The notes under the pieces: generated by a model
Told to the model about the DNA's origin: nothing
What the model saw: the letters and a program-made list of their open reading frames with translations, nothing else
Databases searched by the model: none
Position numbers and translations under genes: made by a program
Shown: piece by piece, positions 17,461 to 29,030 of the stretch
How the letters are laid out: each line of letters opens with the position of its first letter
Position numbering within the stretch: position 1 is the stretch's first letter
Source: Octopus bimaculoides
Lineage: Eukaryota
DNA: 32,698 bases
Assembly (NCBI RefSeq): GCF_001194135.2
Contig: NC_068981.1
Location: forward strand, 92,414,726 to 92,447,423
Direction of reading: 5' to 3'

Positions 17461-18829
17461 ACCCACCCACACACACACACACACACATACACACACATAT
17501 ATATATATATACTAAATAATGCATTTTCGCACTCTCACGTTATTACATAGACGTGTGTAAGTCTCGTGGTAGAGTCATTTAGCACTGTTTTATGTTTGTA
17601 TATTCGTAAGAGGAATACTTACAGATATCCAATTATGTACTCGATATTTCGAGAAACAGAATGTCTAATACTCTAAAGTACTCGAGCTTGAAATAATTAA
17701 TTCTTTATCGATTTTAAGAGAATTCATACGCTCTGACTCTATTATGTTTATTTAACCTGTACGGCACGGGGCGTCATGAATAATCGTGAATAACTACAGT
17801 CTGTTTGTAAGTTCCAAGCAATTTATATATGTTACACTACAGAAACATCATCACAATACTCAAGGACTCACATGCCTAAAAGGAATGGAGACAGAGAGGC
17901 CAACCGCCCTTGGCTACATATGTGAAGAGGCGCAGAACTTCCTCTGATTTGCAAGCCTTTTAATTAAGGTGGAAGGCGTGAAATTTGTTTTAGCCCCAAG
18001 GATTGAGAATCCTGGCTATAATACTGCAAAGGATCAAAACAGAGTGCTCTAATTCAGTAAGTCAGCAGATGATCAAACTGATAAATACTTGTACCTACAA
18101 ATGGATGCGAGAGAAGAACTGACGTGCACACATACAAACACACAAACGGAGACAAACACACACACACACATACACACTCTCACATACATACACACATACA
18201 TTTATGTATTTATATATTTATATAAATACACATATACACACACATGCGAATGTTCCAATCCCTTATTTTTCATTCATGATATTATTCGCATTTATTGTTC
18301 ATTTTAAGCAGATTTCTTGCTTTCGGTTACATAGTAAATAATGTCTGTTTCCAGTGTTTTTCAGCATCCTTCGGAACGTTCAGTTTGTCAAACATTTCAT
18401 TCGTAGAGAGGAATGGTAAATAAAATCGGCTAGCAAAATATTTTATATTTCCATGCGTCCGTGAGAATTTTAAGATACCTATATTCAATCATGTTTACGC
18501 TCACATAGACGTGCGCGTAAGTGTTACAGAAGTCAGCCAAACACGCGCACTTACATATCTCATAAATCATACGCCTTTACTAACATGATATTAATGGACG
18601 TGTTAACACATATTAAACTGAAATGTAGTTACATGTCTATATATTGATGACATTCATAAATAGCCCAGCCCAGCCAGACCCACTGTGTAATTCGAAGGAT
18701 TGTGTCAATATTTCATATAATAACCGTATGTATCAGCGCTATCCAGTGTATTAAGTTCTCTATCAAATACTAGATAATGTTTGAATGAAGTAGAATGTAT
18801 TTTAAGTGTATGTTACAATTCTTAGATTA

Positions 18830-18963
18830 AGTTATATAGTGCATCTATGAGTATATGCGCATGTATGTATGTGTATGTATGGATAATCATATATATAAAT
18901 GTGTGTATATGTATGTGTATGTATATATATATTTATGATTATCCATACATACATACATACATA

Positions 18964-19051
<88 letters not shown>

Positions 19052-19182
19052 CACACACATACGTACACAAACACACACATATATGTATATATGTATACAT
19101 ATACATGCAGATAGGTACATACAAACCTGTGTGTATGTGTGTGTGGGTGTGTTTGTGTGAGTGAGTCTCTCTATCTGTGTTT

Positions 19183-19217
<35 letters not shown>
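18830..19217. repeat. Long compound (TA)/(CA)/(TG)/(TACA) microsatellite field
   Basis: Seen directly. Confidence 0.95.
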
Positions 19218-19218
<1 letters not shown>

Positions 19219-19798
19219 ACAATATTGCTTCGAAAGGAGCATGAATTGGTCGTTTCGAAAAACAAGAAGGCGAGTTGGAATATTCCGTCTCGTTTCTATG
19301 TCATAGACAAAAATTACCAGCACATTTCTTCCAGGCTAATCCTGATGGTATCAGTTTAAGAATAGTATTCTCTGTAAGATCTGTTGATGCCCTCGTAGTA
19401 CTTTGCGATGTTACTGCATCACCAGTCATTTTGTGTACACATATGTGTATTTTCTGATTTTCTTTTCACTTTTATAATAGGTGTCCTACTTTGGAATCAT
19501 TTTAAATATCCCTGCGATTGCCCATTTAGGATCGGTTTCCTTTCCTAACTTTATACCAGGGATTACTCTACCTCACTTCCTGCAATTTTACTGAATAATC
19601 GACCACAAAGCGTGGTATACATTGGTTAGTTCCTCCCTCTCTCTTTTTCTCGTTCATGGCTTATCTATATCCAGCACCCTTCATGCCTTTCTTGTCAACG
19701 CCATTCACACCAAACATCGTGTTATCCTTCCGTATATCTTTCCTCCCAACATCTCAACTTAATTTGATTTTTTAATAGGAATATACTTATGAGAAATA

Positions 19799-20683
19799 CG
19801 AGGTGGTATCAAAACGTTCCCGAATTAGTTCTGTAGCGCGCTAATAGCTGACAGCATACAGTTGCGTGCGCATTGAGAGCTAACAGTGCGCTCCATGAGG
19901 TTGTGTGCGAGTGGCATTGCTGTGTTTACTTCGCAAGTTTGGAAATTTGCGTCTCTGTGATCACGTGTATGCTGTGGTCGGAGATTTTTGTGATGGACAA
20001 GAAGCTGGAATAAGGAGCCGGCGAGAAAGTTTGCGTTAAACTTGGGAACTCCTTCACAGAAACATTGAGTATGCTTCAACAAGCTTACGACAAGGAGGTA
20101 ATGTGTCGTACGCAATGTTTCGAGTGGCACTGGCGCTTCGAAAGAAGAACTTCCTTGGAAGACGATGAGTGATCAGGAAGACCTGCCACGTGTATCACTC
20201 CCGGGAATACGGAGAAATTTCATCAGCTTGTGCATGAAGATCACTGAAGGGCAATTATCACCATTGGTGATGTTGTTGGTCTATCGTATAGATTCCTGCA
20301 GGCAATCCTAACGTCTGCATTCTTCACAACGCCAATGCACCTTGTCAGCGAGTTCTCACTCGTGATTTTCTCGCCAAATTCAACATGGTATCGCTTCTGC
20401 ATCCGCCCTATTGACCAGATTTAGGTCCTGCGAACATCCATCTCTTCTCCAAGATGGCAACCCAACTCACAGGTTGCCGATTTAACGCCTTTTTCGAGAT
20501 CCAGAGCGAATCGCAGAAGGTCTTCAACTTCATACGGAAAATGACTTGCAGGTCGGATTACAAAACTGACCGGTGTATTGCTGCGCAAGAAGACCATTTC
20601 GAAGGTGTTGATATTAAAATTTAGGTTAATAAGTAATATTTTATTAAAAGTTTCTAGTCCGGGAAATTTTTGGTACCATCTTG
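19799..20683 (+). mobile_element. Mariner element, internally deleted, both TIRs and TA target duplications present
   Basis: The left end TA|CGAGGTGGTATCAAAACGTTCCCGAATT matches the reverse complement of the right end AGTCCGGGAAATTTTTGGTACCATCTTG|TA. Relic peptide VKLGNSFTETLSMLQQAYDKEVMCRTQCFEWH..SLEDDE*SGRP..LQAILTS joins directly to ILHNANAP..HPPY*PDLGP. Confidence 0.92.
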
Positions 20684-20828
20684 TATGTAATATAAAATAT
20701 CGCCTTCGATATCATCTGAATACAGATGTGTTGTAGATGCCTATTAAGCGACTAGATTTTAAGGAAATCTCTGTTGAAGCTGGTTTGGCATCTCGTTATG
20801 GTAAAACATTTGCTTCAACTCTCTGACG

Positions 20829-20869
<41 letters not shown>

Positions 20870-20870
20870 A

Positions 20871-21160
20871 NNNNNNNNNNNNNNNNNNNNNNNNNNNNNN
20901 NNNNNNNNNNNNNNNNNNNNNNNNNNNNNNNNNNNNNNNNNNNNNNNNNNNNNNNNNNNNNNNNNNNNNNNNNNNNNNNNNNNNNNNNNNNNNNNNNNNN
21001 NNNNNNNNNNNNNNNNNNNNNNNNNNNNNNNNNNNNNNNNNNNNNNNNNNNNNNNNNNNNNNNNNNNNNNNNNNNNNNNNNNNNNNNNNNNNNNNNNNNN
21101 NNNNNNNNNNNNNNNNNNNNNNNNNNNNNNNNNNNNNNNNNNNNNNNNNNNNNNNNNNNN
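20871..21160. other. Assembly gap (N run)
   Basis: N run preceded by (TA)n. Confidence 0.99.
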
Positions 21161-21513
21161 TGTACAATTACGCACATAAAAATGTGTGTGTTTGCGTATG
21201 TGTATTTGTGTGTGTGTGTGTTTGTGTGTATGTATGTGTGTGTGCGGGGGGGGGGTCTTTGTGGGCATGCGGGAGTTAACCTTTCAATGAAAAACAATCA
21301 GCCGGTGCTGTAGAAGCAAGCCTCTTCATGAAGCTCACGTACATGATTGTGTATCTACAATTTAGAAATAATGAAAGTTGGATATTTGCTCGACAGTGAG
21401 ATACAAATACTTCCATGCCACTCATGTTAACAATAATGCATTTGACAACAGATTAGCCCATTGACAACCTGTAAACAGCTACAACTGACGTAATTTATAA
21501 TTATGATAAATCA

Positions 21514-22732
21514 TCAGGTCACCGCATAAGTTCTGTCCGAATTTTAAATAAAGAAAATAAGTATTCAAATAATATATTTAACTGAAATTTAATCATCAAT
21601 ATACTTTCCTTGATTATCTCTGACTTCCTTCCATCTATTTACAAGCTTTTTAATCCCGTCAATGGAAAACTCTTTTGGTTTCAAAGCGAAGAACTCTGAT
21701 ATGTCAGTTTCGATCTCCTCTTGGCTTGCGAAAGTTATGTACCCCAAATGATTCTGTAAACTACGAAACAAATGGTAGTCTAAAGGAGCAAGGTCCTGAG
21801 AATAAGGTGGATGATATTTGCAGTGTGGAGTCCCACATTGTCCTGATGAAACATCACTCCTTTTCGATTTACAAAAGTGGGTCTTTTTTTCTTCAAAGCT
21901 TGGTTCAGACGCTCTAGTTGCTGACAGTAGACTTGAGCATTGATTGTTGCATTAGGTGGTAAAAATTCAAAGTAAATTACACCTTTACAATCCCAACAGA
22001 TAGAGAGAAGAATCTTTTTTTCCATGAAGTTCCCTTCTCGGTTGTGGTTGAGCTTTTTCCCTGTTACCAAGACACTGTTTACGACGTTTAACATTTCGGT
22101 GAAATGAGTTCGCGAGAATGGAGAGAAGAGCAGATGTCAACTCAGGATATGCGGTTGCTTTCGGACAATTCATGAGGCACCCTTTTTCCAAGTTTAGGAA
22201 CTTTTCCAAGTCGATGAAGATGATGAACAGTTGTATGGTTTGAACTAAGCTTTCATGGCAATTCTTCAACTGATAATGCAGGATTTTCTTCGAGTAATGC
22301 CTCAACGAGCTTATCATCAAACTCAACTGGACGTCCTCTTTGATCTTCATCTTCAAGGCTGAAACCTCCACTCCTGAATGTTGCAAGTCATCTTCTGTAA
22401 TTTCTTTCGTTCAAGCATTCTTTCCCATAAATTGAATGTATGTTTTGAGTCGCTTCGGATGCAGAGTTTCCTTTTATGTACTCATAAAGCATTATGTGCC
22501 TTAAATACTTTTTAGATACTTCCATATTAGAAAGGGTTTTAATCAAAGAGATTTTAATTCTATTATTCTGTAAAATTTTAATTCTGTAATTAGTTTGAAT
22601 GTACACAATTAGTTTAAATGTACACAAATGCATAAAAATAACTTTTAACTCCATTTGTCATACTAAACTACTATTAAATTTCATTCAATTTTAAAAAAGG
22701 TAAAATCGGACAGAACTTATGGGATGACCTGA
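21514..22732 (-). mobile_element. Mariner element, near full length, degenerate
   Basis: TIRs TCAGGTCACCGCATAAGTTCTGTCCGAATTTTA (21514-) and, in reverse complement, TCAGGTCATCCCATAAGTTCTGTCCGATTTTA (-22732). TA on the right, CA on the left; 1219 bp. Confidence 0.95.
21589..22525 (-). pseudogene. Mariner (D,D34D-type) transposase pseudogene
   Basis: MEVSKKYLRHIMLYEY..KLGKRVPHEL..CWDCKGVIYFEFLP..YCQQLERLNQAL..FHQDN..HPPYSQDLAPLDYHLFRSLQNHL..RWKEVRDNQGKYIDD*. It is frameshifted and lacks the TGDEKW block and the segment after HTA. Confidence 0.93.
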
Positions 22733-24494
22733 TAAATAAGCAATGCCAGTATGCTACGAAGTACAAACTATTGTATTATCTACAAGTTGCAATGCATCTT
22801 AGAAATGATATAGTTATTATTCCCTGTGAATATCAAGCACAGCATGCTCATGGAAAAGTATCTATATTAATATCACAATGTTATATAATGAAGGACATGA
22901 CTTTAGAGAGATATAAGTTTTAAGAAATGAATTGACTTATTTTTTTACATTTCTAACTATTTCGATCTAAATATTTCAATGAATTCAAAGAAAATTCCAA
23001 AGGTTATCACTATACCTTTTATTTGTCCTTTACCATATTTATTCACATACGCTCACGTATCTCAAATACGAAATAACTTTACATTCGAAGCTAACATGAA
23101 TCGATAATCCTTCTTGAAATGGTATTAATGGTCAAAACGTTGAATTTCTTACTACATCTATTTCGGTAATATTGTAAATTTCTATCTCTGTATCAATTGT
23201 GTATTTAATGTTTGTCTTACAAAGAGTACCTAAATATCAGTAATATATTTAAGAATATAACCCAACAACACACGCCTCTTCTTCAAAATACTTACCTAAT
23301 GCATAATTTCGATTTATAGTGAATATAAATTAACAATCCTGCTGCTACAATTCGAATATTCTCTTTTCTTTCTGAATGCAGGAATGCATACGCTTTTAAA
23401 ATAGCTTCTCAATAAAGCGGTGCAACGTTCTCACGAGTGTAGTTATCTCTATTGATAGTGACAATATTAAGTTTCATAGCATGTTAGTTACTTGTTATTC
23501 AAGGGCATATTTAGAGTGACCTAAACTAACGCATTTTGACTCAACATGTGTATTTCATCGCAAACTCAACAATGAGGTCCATGGATATAAAAATTCTAAT
23601 CGAAAACAGGTAAGCATGTGTAATCATAAACATTTGTCTAATGTTGCAACAACGATTTGGAGGGAATCTGTGCAGTTGTATTCATTGATAATTGTGATAT
23701 AAACGATAATAGTCAGGGAAATCATCCATTGAGAGTAGGCCCAAATTGGATAGCGACCACATTGTGAAAATTCATGTCATTCGCTAAGTCACTGCTTCAA
23801 TGTCAGTGAAATTTTGCGTTGTCGAGGTTAACATACAAACAAGAGAATTGAGTCACATTGAAAGACGAAAAGTTTGACAGTACAGACATGACTGAGTTTC
23901 GTAGTTTACAAAATCTCAGGATATAATCGTATGATTTACCGATACACATCGCATAAAGGGAGAAGTTATACTACGAAAAGGATACACAAAAGCGATTAGA
24001 ATGTTCATGTTCATATCAACCGGAATATGTTTAAGAATGTACATACATATTCTTTTGATGTGCGATTTTGTACGTGCACATAATAGCATATCGCGTCTGA
24101 GCAAAAAAGGAACGTAAGCAGAATATCATACGACTCCCATATTTACGCATGATGATCATCCTAGCAGAAACAAAATTTCGCAAACCAAACAGACAAATAT
24201 ACAATACAATCGCTACCTAATTAAATAAAGCAATCACTACTATATACAAGCATCCCCGATAAACAAAAATAATCCACATGATGTCATCTTCACCAGCTAA
24301 CACCAGCATAGGCTACAATTTCCTTTACAATCAAGACCTAATAATATTAGACCTTTTCACCGATATCTCACATTCTATAAATTCATGAGCGAACAATAAC
24401 AAAAAAAAAGCAATGAATGATAATGAATTGCAGCAAGCTAGCAGCTTAAGTGAAGCAGAGAACTGCTGCAAAAAATAAAACATAAATTAGGTAA

Positions 24495-24810
24495 GAGTGG
24501 AAGAAACCCGGCCTAGAGTTTGTAATAAAGAATGATAATTTCAAGATCCTATGGGAATTTTCCCTAGAAAAACTGACGATAATTTGAAGCAAATGTATCA
24601 CATATGAATGTAGAGGACAGAAAATATAGGATATAAAACGGTTTTAGATCATAAATTGAATACCTACAGAATATCAAAATCAGTCACAGATATGAAAAGA
24701 CTGTGGAAGAATAAAATGATAATTATTCTTAAGGTAACTGGTGCGTTTGGCACAACAAAACCGATACCTAAGAGGCTGAATGATACTAGAATTGACTGTC
24801 AGAAACACCT
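24495..24810 (+). mobile_element. R4/Dong-clade non-LTR fragment, restriction-like endonuclease region, highly degenerate
   Basis: Translation gives NDNFKILWEFSL..TDDNL and MKRLWKNKMIIILKVTGAFGTT, matching the (E)NDxxKILWDF..TD and RLW..IPIVIGALG motifs of R4-type endonucleases. Confidence 0.62.
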
Positions 24811-24889
24811 TTATGTATTGGTAAACAAACAATGAACGATGTTTGATGGCATAAAGATAAAAGTTGTAGTAGAGAAAAATAGTTAGCTG

Positions 24890-25266
24890 GCATGGATGGC
24901 TGGAAGTTGTCTGAATATTGGAAAAGAGACCTCATAATTTTTCCGATTGTACTCTGATGAATTACTATGTGTAGGGAGCGAGCGGTTGAGAAAGATATCA
25001 GCTGCTCTGCCTGCAGCACCAAGACCGGGCAGATGGGTAAAATGAAGATATTCCCAGGGCTGCAGTGTGGAATTCAAGCGCCACCTTCTAGAGCCGTCTT
25101 GACATCGCAATGGTTGTTGAGGGTGGCTACTTTGAATAAACTGTTATCTCTCAGCGATAATTTAGTTGTTACTTTTTGAGTTTTTGAAATAATTTTGTTT
25201 TGGATTGGATAATATGATGTTTCTCTCTTTTACGCAAAAACTCAAATTTAGCCTGAACATCTAGAT
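24890..25266 (+). mobile_element. Tc1/maT-like transposase 3' fragment with putative right end
   Basis: PHNFSDCTLMNYYV*GA..AVEKDISCSACSTKT..ATF*SRLDIAMVVEGGYFE* (stop 25137-25139) matches the P-NSPDxNPLDY-VWG..FRSRLEAV..GGYFE C-terminus of this group. The right boundary is approximate. Confidence 0.72.
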
Positions 25267-25969
25267 ATATGATTTTAGAAAAATACATTTTTAGTTACGT
25301 CTTTGAATATTTTAAATGAAACAATGCAACAGGCTTTCAAATATTTCGGCTTCTAATTAATATGCAATATATGTGATGAATTAAAACCTACCAAATATAA
25401 ACTGGGCACATGCAGTGGAACACACACACACATACACGTATAATCATATATCTTTCATGCCTTTACACCATACAGTGTTTTACATATAAAATGTTACACC
25501 TGTGTTATTGTTAATGGTAATGTAATTGCATGCTTCACTAAGAAAAGAAAAACCAGTTATATTGACGTTCTTGTATTAAAGAAACCTTATTACTACTAAT
25601 ATTAAACTTCCGTTATATATAAAAACCAATATTATAACGTAGAACTTTTAATAATATCAAGTCAACTCATTAAAGAACATATGTGCAGCATACGTTCTTT
25701 CATTTCAAAGGAATTCGCTACTACAAAAGTTCAGCCCGACCTACTAATTTTGGGTTAGATTTTTTCTGAAAGAAAATTTCCCGATCAATTGTTAGTGTCA
25801 ACGTGACAAGGAATATATTAAACAAGAAACTGTATAAATTTAGCTTCCAAATACATTTCAAAAACTAGAAATATTTTCAACACGCCTGATACTTTTTTGC
25901 CATCATATCAGGAATCAAGGGTTAAATATCGTTTGTATATGCTGGAGTTGGTAAATTTCAGAATAGCAC

Positions 25970-25989
25970 ACTTACATACACACACACAC

Positions 25990-26036
<47 letters not shown>

Positions 26037-26060
26037 ACCCCCCTACACACACACACACAT
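25970..26060. repeat. Compound (CA)n(TA)n microsatellite
   Basis: Seen directly. Confidence 0.93.
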
Positions 26061-26477
26061 TTGAAAAGATATGAAATGTCTCTTGAAATATTTATGTGGT
26101 TTATTAAAATATATGAATAACTATTGGAAGATACGTTATCTACTAACTACTGGAAGGCATGCACACTGGAGAGACTTTTCAGCCATTTAATCTAGGTCGA
26201 CTACTGTAATTCTAAAAGAATGTCGGTTAACAGACACAGACTTTGATGGAATAACGTATTATAACAAAAATTATATATCAGACATGACATACATAAAGAT
26301 ATTATTAAACGACGATTTCATTTAGAGACCGTATGTTCAATTCGAATGTGTAGAACCGATATCACATTTTAATTTTCGAAATGAATAATCTGTTTATATC
26401 TAATAGATATATATTCCACACGATAATGTAAGAGAAATGGTGATTATTGTTTTCAAACTTTGCACTAAGGAGAAGAC

Positions 26478-26559
26478 GATTATATCGACTCCAGTGCTAA
26501 CTGGTACTTACTTGGTCGAGCCTGAGGGATGAAATGCAAAATCAACCTCTGCGGAATTT
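26478..26559 (-). mobile_element. SINE family B, central fragment
   Basis: Reverse complement: AAATTCCGCAGAGGTTGATTTTGCATTTCATCCCTCAGGCTCGACCAAGTAAGTACCAGTTAGCACTGGAGTCGATATAATC. Confidence 0.8.
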
Positions 26560-26599
26560 CTTCTTTTTTTATTTTTTGCTTTGATATCAACAGAGAGTA

Positions 26600-26780
26600 A
26601 GGCGGCAAGCTGGCATAATCGTTACGGGGTCCGACAAAATACCTAGTGGTCGGGGTCAACTTGGTGCTTCATCCTTTCAGGGCCAGTAAAATCAGTACCA
26701 GTTGTGCACTGGGTCAAAGTATTCGACTTGCACCCTTCCCCGAAATTGCAGGACTTGTGTCAAAATTTTAAACGAATATT
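26600..26780 (+). mobile_element. SINE family B, internally deleted copy
   Basis: Head AGGCGGCAAGCTGGCATAATCGTTAC, central CTTCATCCTTTCAGGG..AGTACCAGTTG, tail GAAATTGCAGGACTTGTG..AATATT. Confidence 0.82.
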
Positions 26781-27621
26781 AACATACGTTATCATAAGTA
26801 AATACTATCTTAAGTAACTTATTGCAAAAATAATATTCAACCAAATATGTTTAAGGCTGATAAGGGTATATTAAATCCTACTAGTGATAATGGTGCGATT
26901 TAATCACTTTTTAAAGTTATCGCTATAAATTAGTCAGCACTAACAATTACGAAAAGTTGTAGAGATAACTTTTAAATGTGATTAAATTATGATTCAGGGG
27001 TTCTACTAGTATCCATCGTTTTCGTCTTGTCATATCATCTGGTTTTTATTTTTTTTATTGCCTACGTAGAATTTTCTCGTGTTCCTTCACCTGATTACCA
27101 AATTAAACATGTAGGATGGCTAGATTAATTATATATAATGTTCATTTCTTTCAACCGACCATATATGACAGTTAACGTCATGAAATAATTTCAGCACATA
27201 ATTCAGGTTAATTATCAAATGATTGGGTTTTTACTGTGTCAGCAACAGGCAAATTGAAAATGCAAATAATTCGATCATATATAATTCTTTATATTCAGCA
27301 ATTCCGTTTACTATTAATGATCTAAAAATTCACTACAATTTAATTATCTTTCGATAATAAAGTATGATATAAATTAATCTGTTGGCACTATAAATACGAA
27401 GTGAACTATAGCAGAAATAACAAAGTGTACTATACGTCTCTAAATATTATGAAAAAATTAAATTCACAAATATTCAGACCATTCAGATAGCTAACTTACG
27501 CGCTATCAACTTATGAGCCTTTAATATATTTGGCAGTGTATTATGGTTAAATAACTATGCATGGTTCACCGACCAACAATTAGTTATTTAAGTTTGTATT
27601 TACTTATGATTCTTACATATG

Positions 27622-27822
27622 ATAATATTGATTCCAAATTTTGAATCAAGTCTTGCAATTTCGATGGAGAGTGTAAGTCAATTCCATCGACCCCATTGCA
27701 CATATGGTACGTATATTATAGGCCCCGATAGTATATTACATGTACCGGTGGCATTTGTAACGTCGGAAGAAATGATGCTAAGCATTTTATCCGGTGCGGT
27801 GACGATTCTGCCAGCTCGCCAA
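27622..27822 (-). mobile_element. SINE family B, diverged full-length copy
   Basis: The reverse complement begins TTGGCGAGCTGGCAGAATCGTCACCGCACCGGATAAAATGCTTAGC and ends GAAATTGCAAGACTTGATTCAAAATTTGGAATCAATATTAT. Confidence 0.82.
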
Positions 27823-27852
27823 CTTATTATTTGTTAATATTAAACTTAAAAT

Positions 27853-28071
27853 AGGCGGGGAGCTAGCAGACTGGTTAGCACCATAGGAAAAATGCTTAGC
27901 AGCATTTCATCCGTCTTTACGTTATGAGTTTAAACTCTGCCGAGGTCGACTTTGCCTTTCATCCCTTCGACGTCCATAGAATAAGTACCAGCAGAACTTT
28001 AAGGTCATTGTAATCGACTGGGCCCCTCACACGAAATTGCTGACTTCGTGCTAATATCTGAAATCAATATT
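27853..28071 (+). mobile_element. SINE family B, full-length copy
   Basis: tRNA-like head (AGGCGGGGAGCTAGCAGACTGGTTAG..GAGTTTAAACTC), central block GACTTTGCCTTTCATCCCTTCG..AGTACCAG, tail GAAATTGCTGACTT..AATCAATATT. Confidence 0.88.
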
Positions 28072-28217
28072 TACCTTAAATTAATAATTTTATATATTGA
28101 CAAAGACATTAACATTGATGGAAAATTAAAGCATAAAGTTGGGACTCCTTTTAGACAAGTGTAACTAGGATTGGAATAGTTTTTAGACACACACACAAAC
28201 ACACTCACACACACAAA

Positions 28218-28362
28218 TATATTCTTTTATTCTTTTACTTGTTTCAGTCGTCGAACAAATCGACCCCAGAACTTATTCTTTGTAAACGTAGTACTTATTC
28301 TACCGCTCGTTTTGCCGAACCGCTAAATTACGGGGACATTAACACACCAATAGTGGTTAAGT
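28218..28362 (-). mobile_element. SINE family A, 3' half with a ~35 bp internal deletion
   Basis: The reverse complement matches 5150-5323 but lacks the GGTGCTCCAGCATGGCC block. Confidence 0.85.
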
Positions 28363-28634
28363 CTAGGTTTAACTTTACTTTCGTTCTGAAAATCGAAGAA
28401 TCACTATGGTAATGTGTGTATATAAATTAACCAAATAAAGGATGTGAGAAAATAAATATTTATTTCAGATTTTTACATTTTTTTTTTTATTTGTGGCAGA
28501 TTACATCATCGATTCTAACCAACACACTTTAAATATAAAACTACACAAATAAATATGCAAATAGATGTTGAATACGTATAATAATTCTGCTCGTCATTCG
28601 GTTATTTAGACCGTCCGAAACACTTTCATGTGAT

Positions 28635-29030
28635 TAGAGTAAAAGAGGGATAAAGAAAAGAGGGAGGTAGAGAGATGTGTCCATGACGTGAGGGAGAGAG
28701 AATGTAGTTGTAACGCTTCCACGTGATTAGTTGAAGGGAAGGGGGAGAAAGAAAAAGGAGAGAGAAAAAAGAGGATAAGGTGGAGAGTGAGGCAGAAGGA
28801 GGAAGACAGAAAAAGAAAAAGAGTGGAGGGAAAGACGGATAGAGAAAATGAGGGAGAGAGAAGAGCCCATGCCGCGAGGAAAGCAGACAACAAATGATTT
28901 TATCAGAGGAGTGGTAATATACTGATGGTGAGGCTAGAGAAAGTTAGAGAGAAAGGGGAGAGAGGGGATGGTTCGGTGGTGTTGGTGGTGGGGTGGTGTT
29001 GGTGGAGATGGAAGTGGTACTGGTTGTGAT
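28635..29030. repeat. Purine-rich (GA/GGA) low-complexity tract followed by (GGT)n-like repeat
   Basis: Strong strand asymmetry and degenerate trinucleotide repeats seen directly. Confidence 0.8.

Noticed and set aside
25078-25095. CTCF-like motif (minus strand CTAGAAGGTGGCGC)
   Set aside because: It has two mismatches to the core and lies inside a decayed transposase coding fragment that already explains the local GC content.
24967-25179. 70-aa ORF with a plausible acceptor and donor as a host exon
   Set aside because: Explained as a frameshifted Tc1/maT-like transposase C-terminus.
28606-28893. 95-aa Leu/Ser/Phe-rich ORF resembling a membrane protein
   Set aside because: It is the antisense translation of a GA-rich low-complexity tract.
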